Shown one piece after another: positions 17,612 to 25,747 of a stretch of 38,346 nt of DNA; positions within the stretch are counted from its first letter, which is position 1, and each line of letters starts with the position of its first letter. A program made the position numbers and the translations under genes. The stretch lies in the sequence record DRR723986_8021. One strand, written 5' to 3'. The notes under the pieces were generated by a model, which was not told the DNA's origin, made no database searches, and saw nothing but the letters and a program-made list of their open reading frames with translations.

Positions 17612-18715
17612 TTAGCCTTTTTGTGCTGCCCGAGATTCGCGCCATAACTGAGCGACAGCGGACAGTAGGCTTTTGCGCGAAGCGGCAAGAAACAGCCGGT
17701 TGTCTGGCAATTCGGCTTTCAACCTGAAATAGGCTTCTTCAAGCGCATGATAGGGCATGCCGGGAAACAGGTGATGAGTGGCATGAAAACGCAAGCCCAC
17801 AGGCGCCCAAAGGCTGGAGATATACCTATTGCCGGGGATGTCTACGCTATCAAGGAATTCCTGTTGGCGGTTCATGCGCTCGCGCCCGCCGTTGCGGTAG
17901 GCGTGGGCCGCTAATGTGCGTAGGCCGTTCAACACAAAGATTGAGAAGGTCACCACATACCAAACAGCAAAAAATTCTACCGGTAATACACCTATGTAAA
18001 GCAAGCCAAGCGCTGCATATGCATAGACACCGGTTAGGATATCTTCCAGCAACCAGCCATTTTCCTGGTCTTTCTTGGGGGCAGGGCGCACATAGGCGAA
18101 GTCAATCACAAGGCTGCTGGCGCGCTGCCAAATGTACGCGCGGAATTTGGCGCTAATGAGCGTTAGGGGCATCAACACCACATAACGCGCTGCCAAAAGG
18201 ACCGGCACAATGAAGGCCTGCGCTACAAAAGCAATGATCTTCCAGGGTTCATCAACCGCAAACGGCAGATACTCGCCGTCTTCAGCGGTGCCGTAATGCT
18301 GTGGTTTGTGATGGTCTATGTGTACGTCCGCATATGTATAGGCTGGCACCATCAGGGGCATTCCGCAGGTGGCGTTCCAAAACCGACGAAACCCGGTAAA
18401 TGTACCTTTGCGAAGGTGTGCCAGTTCATGAATGAAAATAACAGCACGATAAAGCGCCAACATGGCAACAAACAACGCTGCAAACTGGATTAGAGACGCA
18501 AAAGGTGTCAACACAGCAACGGCAACAGCGCCCCAGCCGATGAGGGCACTTAATGTGAAATCAACCCAATAAATGGTGGCGTTTGGCTCCCACAGGTCTT
18601 TAACCAGCCTGCGTGCTTCCTTGAGCGGAAAATCAGCCGCTTCAGGGTGCGCGCCAGAAATCGCTCGCTTTTCAGCGTGATCTGTTTCTGAACTGTCGCC
18701 AACAACCGCTTGCAT
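17612..18715 (-). CDS. Membrane fatty acid desaturase/hydroxylase (three His boxes)
   Basis: HELAH, HIDHH and FHATHHLFP boxes with intervening TM helices. Confidence 0.9.
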   Translation of the reverse strand: MQAVVGDSSETDHAEKRAISGAHPEAADFPLKEARRLVKDLWEPNATIYWVDFTLSALIGWGAVAVAVLTPFASLIQFAALFVAMLALYRAVIFIHELAHLRKGTFTGFRRFWNATCGMPLMVPAYTYADVHIDHHKPQHYGTAEDGEYLPFAVDEPWKIIAFVAQAFIVPVLLAARYVVLMPLTLISAKFRAYIWQRASSLVIDFAYVRPAPKKDQENGWLLEDILTGVYAYAALGLLYIGVLPVEFFAVWYVVTFSIFVLNGLRTLAAHAYRNGGRERMNRQQEFLDSVDIPGNRYISSLWAPVGLRFHATHHLFPGMPYHALEEAYFRLKAELPDNRLFLAASRKSLLSAVAQLWRESRAAQKG

Positions 18716-18754
18716 TACGTTAGTTCCAATATACCGGTAGCTGTATGCTACTGT

Positions 18755-20314
18755 TTATGACTTCGAGCTTCGACTTAGCCACTGGCCTGCTTTGCCAAGG
18801 GCTGCAACATCCTTCGGTTTCAGGCCATATCGCACCAAAACTAGCAGCGACACAATAAGCCCAAATATGGCGGTTATAAGACCCGCCGGCGCAGGCAGTT
18901 TTGGCCCAAACTCTGCTAGGGCCACCAAAGCTGCGGCAGAGATAAGCGAAACGAAGGCTGGTTTCAAGGTTTCTGCGCTGTATGGCCACAGTTTAAAAAT
19001 AAAAACTGTTTGTGCAAAGGCCAGATAGGCGGTGATATTCAGGCCTGTTGCTGCGGCAATGGCAGCACCCGTAACCCCGTGTTCCGGTATCAGCATCCAA
19101 CCCAAGTACACAAACACCAGCAGGCCGATCAAACCATTAATCGGCGGCAGTGACCGGTGACCTAGCATTTCAATGATAGATTGTGACGGGCCGCTGGCGG
19201 CTTCAAGAACGCGTCCAGCCACCAAAATCGCTATGGCGGCTGCAGCGGCTTGGAAGCCGGGTTCAAGGGCGCTTAAAATGTCTGGCCTGGCTAAATATAG
19301 TGCTGCACCAAAGGGCAGGGCCATACACAGCGACATGCGTGTTGCAAAGGCATACATTTTCTGCAAACGGTCTTTGTCGCCTTTGCCTGCTTTTTCGGCT
19401 GCAAGCGGGGCCATAACATATTCGAAGGCTAGGCGCACAACCTGCAACGCACTGGCAAGTTTACGGGCAACTGAATAATAGCCGCCCGCTGCCGCACCAG
19501 CCGCCCCCGGCAACATGAAGTTCAGCATCATCACCGGAAACTCGCTGAACAGCTTTTTGATCAGGTTTGACGGCATGACAGTGAAGCCATATTTACTCAT
19601 GTCATGGGCAATCTGACCGGTCATTTTGGCGCGCACAAGCGCGGCCATATCATAATGTTTGGCGACCAATCGCAGGGCCAGTATCGCTGCTAGAATAACG
19701 CTCAACAAGTGCGCGAGAAAAAGACCATATGTATCTAAACCTAAATAAAAAAATGAAACTGCAGCTATAAGTCTTAAGCCTTGCTCATAAAAAATACGTA
19801 CCCGGATTTCCGGGCCAAATTTACGCCGCGCTCTGATGGCTGCTGTACCAACCTCTACCGCTGTCCAGAAGGGTAAAACCCAGACATAAAGGCGAATAAC
19901 ATTTGTCAGGTGTTCCTGGTCATCTGCGCCCACATTGATAAATTCTGAAATGCTGGGTGCGTAGTATGTGCCCAGCCCGGCAAAGCCGCATGCCAGCAGA
20001 AAGCTTAATTTTAGGGCAAACCCTGCAACAGCTGCTTCATCTTGCTTGGGCGCGCGGGGGACAAAGCGCTGCAATGCCGTGGTCATGGCGGCGTCTGATA
20101 GCGCGGTGGACACCTTGACATAACTCCAGAGAACGGCGAACAGGCCGAAGGTTTCTGCGCCGTAGGCCCAAGTAAATACAACAACTGACAAAGCTTCAAT
20201 AAGCGCGCCCAAACGGCCCAAAAAGGCAAGGCTTGCCCCGCCTGCAACTTGCCGCAGGTCATGTGCCGACTCTTCATTAGTCGGTGGCGTTGGGTCAGGT
20301 GATGCGTTGGTCAT
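18755..20314 (-). CDS. MOP-superfamily (Wzx/MurJ-like) lipid flippase
   Basis: 519 aa, about 12-14 hydrophobic segments; 'YGAETFGLFA', 'ALQRFVP', 'AGGYYSVA', 'LIPEHGVTGAAIA' are typical of polysaccharide-biosynthesis flippases. Confidence 0.85.
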   Translation of the reverse strand: MTNASPDPTPPTNEESAHDLRQVAGGASLAFLGRLGALIEALSVVVFTWAYGAETFGLFAVLWSYVKVSTALSDAAMTTALQRFVPRAPKQDEAAVAGFALKLSFLLACGFAGLGTYYAPSISEFINVGADDQEHLTNVIRLYVWVLPFWTAVEVGTAAIRARRKFGPEIRVRIFYEQGLRLIAAVSFFYLGLDTYGLFLAHLLSVILAAILALRLVAKHYDMAALVRAKMTGQIAHDMSKYGFTVMPSNLIKKLFSEFPVMMLNFMLPGAAGAAAGGYYSVARKLASALQVVRLAFEYVMAPLAAEKAGKGDKDRLQKMYAFATRMSLCMALPFGAALYLARPDILSALEPGFQAAAAAIAILVAGRVLEAASGPSQSIIEMLGHRSLPPINGLIGLLVFVYLGWMLIPEHGVTGAAIAAATGLNITAYLAFAQTVFIFKLWPYSAETLKPAFVSLISAAALVALAEFGPKLPAPAGLITAIFGLIVSLLVLVRYGLKPKDVAALGKAGQWLSRSSKS

Positions 20315-21513
20315 TTAGAGTTAGCAGAAGCTGTTGGTGGTTCTGGTAGCGGGGCTGGTTTTTTTCGCAATCGACCAAAAGGTCTAAGCTGTGGTTTGCC
20401 TTCTTCGGTGTAGAAAATGACCGTGTAGCCAACCAGAAAGAATAAGAAAAATGGCGCCCATGCCGCTAGAAATGGAGGCGCAACGCCAAACTCACCCATT
20501 GCCAGCATGAAATTGTCTGCGACAAAAAAGCTGAAACCCAATGCCATGCCAAATACTAACCGGATAACCAAGCTACCGCCGCGCGAAACACCAAAGGCTG
20601 CTACAGCTGCTAGAAGTGGCATCAATAATGTAGAAGCGGGTGCCGCAATTTTTTGCAGGAGACTGGCCATTAGGCGATCGGTCGACAGGCCTTCTTCTTC
20701 CAACCGCTGCATTGACTGCCACAGCTCGCTAAATGAAACTTGGTCCGCTTTCACGTTCAGCGCCAAGAATCTTTCAGGGCGCGTGGGTATTAACCATGGC
20801 ACCGAAGGTGTTACAGAAAGTAAGTGCGAGTTGGCATCGAAACGGCGCACTTCGTGTAGTGTCCATTTGTCATTCTGGTACCAGGCAAAATCAGCCTTTA
20901 CCATAGCTTGTACGCGGCCTAGTTTGTCACGTTCAAAAATGGAAACACGGTCTAAAATAACCCTGTTGCGAACTGTGCTTACAGATTCGACCAAAACAAC
21001 GCTGTTGCCTTCTCTCACCCACGTACGCCCTGCTAAGTTGGGGTTGGTTGGCAAATCAACGGCGTAGTCGTTGGCTTCCCAATATTCAAGGTCACGGTTG
21101 GCATCAGTGACGATGGTTTCATTGAAAATGAAATGTGAAATACCAATCAACAATGAGGCTATGCCTAACGGCAACAGAATTCGGTGCGCAGACAGGCCGC
21201 TGGCCTTCATAACAGTGACTTCACTGCTTTGGTTCAATGTTGCTAGTGTTAACAATGTGGCCAAAAGAGCGGCAAACGGCGCGAACTGGCTGATAAGTTG
21301 GGGTGCCCGCATACTGACATATGACACGATAGACACCCACGTCGCGCCTTCTGCCGCCATGATATTGTCTGCAGTAGCAAGCAAATCAAGCATTTGAAGC
21401 ACAACGGTTAGGCCGATAAGAATGCCAAAAAAGCGGCTCAGGTGCATTTTCACCATATAGCGCGCAAGCGTGCGTGACGGTATTAGCAAGCGCCTGATAG
21501 AGCGAAGCATCAT
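20311..21513 (-). CDS. lptG: LptG-like permease (probably a sphingolipid-associated paralog)
   Basis: 3 TM helices, periplasmic beta domain, 3 TM helices; 'LNQSSEVTVMKASGLS', 'LAAWAP'. Overlaps both neighbours by 4 nt. Confidence 0.88.
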   Translation of the reverse strand: MMLRSIRRLLIPSRTLARYMVKMHLSRFFGILIGLTVVLQMLDLLATADNIMAAEGATWVSIVSYVSMRAPQLISQFAPFAALLATLLTLATLNQSSEVTVMKASGLSAHRILLPLGIASLLIGISHFIFNETIVTDANRDLEYWEANDYAVDLPTNPNLAGRTWVREGNSVVLVESVSTVRNRVILDRVSIFERDKLGRVQAMVKADFAWYQNDKWTLHEVRRFDANSHLLSVTPSVPWLIPTRPERFLALNVKADQVSFSELWQSMQRLEEEGLSTDRLMASLLQKIAAPASTLLMPLLAAVAAFGVSRGGSLVIRLVFGMALGFSFFVADNFMLAMGEFGVAPPFLAAWAPFFLFFLVGYTVIFYTEEGKPQLRPFGRLRKKPAPLPEPPTASANSK

Positions 21514-22748
21514 GATTGCCCTCCGTCAGCTTGCTGGCCTGATGATTGGCCAATGCCCACAATGCGTTTGCCAAGTCGTTTGATGGGTCCGGAAACCGAT
21601 GATACTGCTGTATCAATGTAGGCTAAAGGCTCACCACCTGCTTTAAAGGCGGCTGTGCGGAAGAAAATGAAACTGATTAAGGCAAAGGCTGCGAATAACG
21701 CCCAAATGGTGAAATAGGGTGATGCGCCACCTTTTACGGCAGTTTCCATACCTTCCATTAATTCATTGTAAACAATAAGCATGGCCAATCCGATGACAAT
21801 ACCTGTGCCTCGACCGGTACGTTTATTGGTTATGCCCATGGGCATGGCAAGAAATGGCAAGATGAAGAAAGAGAGTGTATGCATTAACCGCCAGTGAAAA
21901 TTGGCGCGAAAAGCAGCACGAGCATCCACCGAGTTTAGCGGGTTATCCATTTCTACGAACAATTCTGGCAGAGTAAGCTCCAGTTCCTGACCGCCACGGT
22001 CTCGAAAAACCTCGCGTTCGGGCAGCTTGATGGTTAGGTCCTGTCGTTCAAAGTTCAGAACACGGGGTTTGTTCTGGCTTTCGTTTAAGTCAATCAATAC
22101 GCCGTTAAACAGGCGCAGCAAAATTGTTTGATCATCGTCTGTCGCGAAGAAACCGCCGCGCTCAGCGGTAACGGTAATGCTACTGCGGGCGTCACGGCGT
22201 TCAAGGAAAATGCCAGCAAGTTCTGCACCTTGGTTGCGGGATTCTTCGATCATTAAAGTAATGTCGTTGCCGATTTCTACGAATTCGCCGACACGAATAC
22301 TGGCACCAAGGGCGCCGCTCCTCAGGTCAAAAACAAGGCCGCGGTAGGCATATTGACTGTAAGGCTGGATCCAACCAACCAGAACAGTATTAATTACCGC
22401 CAGTAAGGCCGCTAAAAACAACAAGGGCCTTACGAGTTGGGGCAGACTGGTACCCGAAGAGGTTATGGCGTCATATTCGCTTGAAAGTGAAATTTTCCGA
22501 AAGGCAACCAGCACACCGAGTAATAAGCCAACTGGCAGGGCAAGACCCATGTAGTGCGGCGTTAGGTTTGCAAGCATGCGGAACACCACTTCAACCGGTC
22601 CGCCCTGATTAACGACAAAGTCAAACAGTTTGAGCATGCGCTCTAAAATAAGTAAAAGCGCTGCAACACCCAATGTTATAAACATGGGCGATAAAACCTG
22701 CCGTAGAATGTAACGGTCAATGCTTGTGAATAGAGAACGATTGAACAT
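21510..22748 (-). CDS. lptF: LptF-like permease (probably a sphingolipid-associated paralog)
   Basis: 'IDRYILRQ', 'LALPVG', 'SEYDAITSSGTS' coupling helix, 'WIQPYS', 'FHWRL..LAMPMG'. Confidence 0.88.
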   Translation of the reverse strand: MFNRSLFTSIDRYILRQVLSPMFITLGVAALLLILERMLKLFDFVVNQGGPVEVVFRMLANLTPHYMGLALPVGLLLGVLVAFRKISLSSEYDAITSSGTSLPQLVRPLLFLAALLAVINTVLVGWIQPYSQYAYRGLVFDLRSGALGASIRVGEFVEIGNDITLMIEESRNQGAELAGIFLERRDARSSITVTAERGGFFATDDDQTILLRLFNGVLIDLNESQNKPRVLNFERQDLTIKLPEREVFRDRGGQELELTLPELFVEMDNPLNSVDARAAFRANFHWRLMHTLSFFILPFLAMPMGITNKRTGRGTGIVIGLAMLIVYNELMEGMETAVKGGASPYFTIWALFAAFALISFIFFRTAAFKAGGEPLAYIDTAVSSVSGPIKRLGKRIVGIGQSSGQQADGGQS

Positions 22749-22931
22749 AGGAAGGCGCTACACTGGTTAAAGAGATGTTTCAAGAGACATTTCTGTATCT
22801 TCCACCCTGTAATCATGGCAGAAAAAAGAGAATATTTCGCTAAATTGTCATAAAAAGGGCCACAATTCTGACACCATACGCGGTTTATTTTTATTAATAG
22901 TTTGATTTTAGAGTACCAACCGGAGGCCTTT

Positions 22932-23534
22932 ATGGCACAGTTTATATCAAATTTCTCCAGAATTACAGGCGGTGGAATTCAAGGGAACGGTTTGCGGTCA
23001 CTTGCTTCAACATTTTCTTTCTTTGCCCTGTTGGCGGTTACTGTTCCCTCTGGGGCTGATGATGCGCCGTCAAAATTAACCAAGCAGAATAATACCGGCA
23101 GCGTTTGTGAAGCTGAGGCGGGACAGGCGGCACTGGAGGTCACGGTTGAGAATTTACAAACGACCGAAGGCCAGATGCGGGCACAGATATACAGTTCTGA
23201 TCCGGATGAGTTTCTGGAAAAGGGTAAAAAACTGGTGCGGGTTGATGTTCCGGTTGAAACGCTGGATGGCCCTACCATTTGTGTGCCGCTACCTGCGCCG
23301 GGAACATACGCACTGGTTGTGATGCACGATAAAAATTCGAATGGCAAAGCTGATTTTTTCAGTGAAGGCTTTGGGTTTTCAAATAATCCAAAATTATCTT
23401 TGGCCCCGCCTGACGGCGAAGATGTTATGTTTGTTGCAAATGCAGGTGTTAGCAAACACAAGATTGAACTGAACTATATTTTTGGCGGTGATGACGAGAA
23501 AAAAGAAAAGCGACGTAAGCTAAAGCGTCGCTAA
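22932..23534 (+). CDS. DUF2141-family exported protein
   Basis: Hydrophobic N-terminal segment, 'LEVTVENL...GQMRAQIY', 'PGTYALVVMHDKNSNGKAD..EGFGFSNNP'. ATG 22932 follows GGAGG at 22922. Confidence 0.82.
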   Translation: MAQFISNFSRITGGGIQGNGLRSLASTFSFFALLAVTVPSGADDAPSKLTKQNNTGSVCEAEAGQAALEVTVENLQTTEGQMRAQIYSSDPDEFLEKGKKLVRVDVPVETLDGPTICVPLPAPGTYALVVMHDKNSNGKADFFSEGFGFSNNPKLSLAPPDGEDVMFVANAGVSKHKIELNYIFGGDDEKKEKRRKLKRR

Positions 23535-23551
23535 CCCCAAAAAGCTTAAGA

Positions 23552-23580
23552 TTGAAAAATTGCTGGAATGCGCGTATAGC
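23552..23580 (+). promoter_or_regulatory. Candidate sigma70-type promoter
   Basis: TTGAAA (23552-23557), 17 bp spacer, TATAGC (23575-23580). Confidence 0.4.
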
Positions 23581-23604
23581 ATGCCACTTGATAGTTGAGC
23601 AGAT

Positions 23605-23629
23605 GGGGCCAAGCGGTCCCTTTTGTTTT
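23605..23629 (+). terminator. Terminator-like hairpin between the DUF2141 gene and the lipid kinase gene
   Basis: GGGGCC-AAGC-GGTCCC followed by TTTTGTTTT. Confidence 0.55.
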
Positions 23630-23721
23630 ATTTAATGGTTGTTTTGATGAGTATTTGCTGTGCGCGGGCCCAAAATGAAGTTTGCCTAAAAGCAATGACA
23701 AAAGGTTGAGATACCGCTTTC

Positions 23722-24726
23722 ATGCAGGTTCAAAAACATACAATCAATAGCGGCGCCACGGTGCCGCTTGTCGTGATGATCTCCAATCCGCTTAGCACCA
23801 CAAATGCTAAGAATATGGATGATATTCGCGCGATTGTAGAGGCCAGTGCCAATGTAGTACACTACGAGTTGGACGGCATTGACACTTTGCATGACGCCAT
23901 GGAGCTTTTTTCTCGTGCTAACCCGGCTATGCTCGTTATTAATGGCGGTGATGGCACCATTGGTGCGGCGCTAGCATCCCTACTTTATCAAAACCCGTTT
24001 AGTGTTATTCCCCCCATTGCGTTTTTGCCGGGCGGCAAAACCAACATGACAGCAGCTGACCTTGGCTTTAAAGGTAGCCCTGTTAAGGTGCTGAAAAAAT
24101 TGCTAAAAATTGCTCAGGCAGGGCAAATTCCTGATTTGCTGACAAGCCGTAACCTCATTGAAATGGACTTGGGGGATGGCACGCCGCCTAAAGTAGGAAC
24201 GTTCTTTGGCACTGCGGGCATTGTACGTGGTATTTTTTGGTGCCGGGAAAATGCCTATGCAAAAGGGTTGCCCAATTCAGTAGCGCATGTTTGGTCAGCT
24301 TATAAGTTGATTACGTCTGCGCTTGGGCTTTCTCGGTCCAAGGGTTTGATGATCTCGGACCCAATGTCGATAACGGTGCCGGGCAGCGCACGTATGAGCG
24401 GGCGCTATTCAATTGTGATGAGCACAACACTCGATAGACTTTTATTCGGCGTTAAACCATATGGCAGTGAAGGTGCTGGCGGGCTTAGGTTTTCAGCCTT
24501 AGAAGCCGGACCGGCAACACTCATCCGGTCCTTTATTGGTCTGATTACCGGGCGGTTTGGCAACAGTTCCATCGCGGGACTGCATGTACGCAAGAGTGAT
24601 CAAGTACGCATTGAAGGTACGGACCCGGTGACACTGGACGGTGAGATATACCAACCCTTGCCCGATAAGCCCGTTGTGTTGAAGGGTGACCGCTCGCTAA
24701 CCTTCATATCTTTGAAAAAGAAGTGA
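23722..24726 (+). CDS. cpgB: Diacylglycerol/sphingosine kinase-family lipid kinase, likely ceramide kinase (CpgB-like)
   Basis: 'ISNPLS', 'INGGDGTI', 'FLPGGKTNMTAADLG', 'VTLDGE'; adjacent to spt as in the Caulobacter sphingolipid locus. The family call is strong; the specific symbol rests on context. Confidence 0.75.
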   Translation: MQVQKHTINSGATVPLVVMISNPLSTTNAKNMDDIRAIVEASANVVHYELDGIDTLHDAMELFSRANPAMLVINGGDGTIGAALASLLYQNPFSVIPPIAFLPGGKTNMTAADLGFKGSPVKVLKKLLKIAQAGQIPDLLTSRNLIEMDLGDGTPPKVGTFFGTAGIVRGIFWCRENAYAKGLPNSVAHVWSAYKLITSALGLSRSKGLMISDPMSITVPGSARMSGRYSIVMSTTLDRLLFGVKPYGSEGAGGLRFSALEAGPATLIRSFIGLITGRFGNSSIAGLHVRKSDQVRIEGTDPVTLDGEIYQPLPDKPVVLKGDRSLTFISLKKK

Positions 24727-24736
24727 TGTCTGCTTG

Positions 24737-25726
24737 ATGGTTAAAACATCTTCCATATCACAAGAAGCCGCTGTCGGATTAGGAGAAGCCACACCTGGCG
24801 CGTTGGTTGATTTTGTTCTCAAGGAATGGAATCGCGACGTGCCATCTGCTGTTTTGACAGCCGCGCAGGATATTGCGAGTAAATACGGCGACTGTGTGCA
24901 GGGTGTGCTTTTTTATGGCTCTTGCCTTCGTACTGGCGAAATCGAAGATAAAATTCTGGACTTTTACGTGATCGTAGACAGCTACAAAGCGGCTTATGAC
25001 AAGCGTTGGCTGGCGATTGCGAACCAAATTATTCCACCAAATGTTTTTTATCATGAGATGGATGTTGACGGCATCATGGTTCGTTCAAAATATGCAGTTG
25101 TTTCAAAGGGTGATCTGGGGTTCCGGGTTAGTAAAGCCTGCTTGAATGTTTCCATATGGGCTCGGTTCTGCCAACCCTGCATGCTTTTGTTAGCAAATAA
25201 TGATGCGAAAGCATCAATTGCGCAAGACATTGCCACATCAATTGAAACAATGCTGTGCAACCTTCTTGAGTTAAAGCCTTGGGCGCTGGAGTCGAGAGAC
25301 TTATGGGTGGCGGCATTTGAAGAAACATATGCGGCAGAGCTGCGCTCTGAGCGTGGTGGTAAGGGGCTTGAGATATACCTTCTTGACCAAGCACGCTATG
25401 ATGACGTGACACCAATTGCCTTGCGTGCGCTGGAAGTTGATATAGACAGCGAGGCGGCGATGCCTCCGGCTACCCAACCTGCGCGCTCAGATAACTTTCA
25501 GGCGAAACTGACGTGGTTTACGCGCAGATTGAACGGAAAAATTGTCAGTTTTCTCCGTTTGGTAAAAGCATCCATGACGTTTGATGGCGGTATTGACTAT
25601 TTAGCCTGGAAAATCAGGCGGCATTCTGGCGTTGAGGTTGAAATTAAGCCATGGATGCGCAAACACCCGATTATCGCGGGTGTTGCCTTGTTTTGGAGTG
25701 TGCGCCGGAAGGGTGCGTTTCGCTAA
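24737..25726 (+). CDS. Pol-beta-superfamily nucleotidyltransferase, Tam41-like (probable CpgC homolog)
   Basis: 'VLFYGSCLR..ILDFYVIV', 'PNVFY', 'KYAVVS', 'WARFCQP', 'TYAAELRSE'; lies between the lipid kinase and spt. Confidence 0.7.
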   Translation: MVKTSSISQEAAVGLGEATPGALVDFVLKEWNRDVPSAVLTAAQDIASKYGDCVQGVLFYGSCLRTGEIEDKILDFYVIVDSYKAAYDKRWLAIANQIIPPNVFYHEMDVDGIMVRSKYAVVSKGDLGFRVSKACLNVSIWARFCQPCMLLLANNDAKASIAQDIATSIETMLCNLLELKPWALESRDLWVAAFEETYAAELRSERGGKGLEIYLLDQARYDDVTPIALRALEVDIDSEAAMPPATQPARSDNFQAKLTWFTRRLNGKIVSFLRLVKASMTFDGGIDYLAWKIRRHSGVEVEIKPWMRKHPIIAGVALFWSVRRKGAFR

Positions 25727-25747
25727 ACAGATAAACCTTAAATTAGG

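Noticed and set aside
18755-20314. O-antigen or capsule cluster implied by the Wzx-like flippase
   Set aside because: No glycosyltransferases, sugar-nucleotide enzymes, wzy or wzz nearby.
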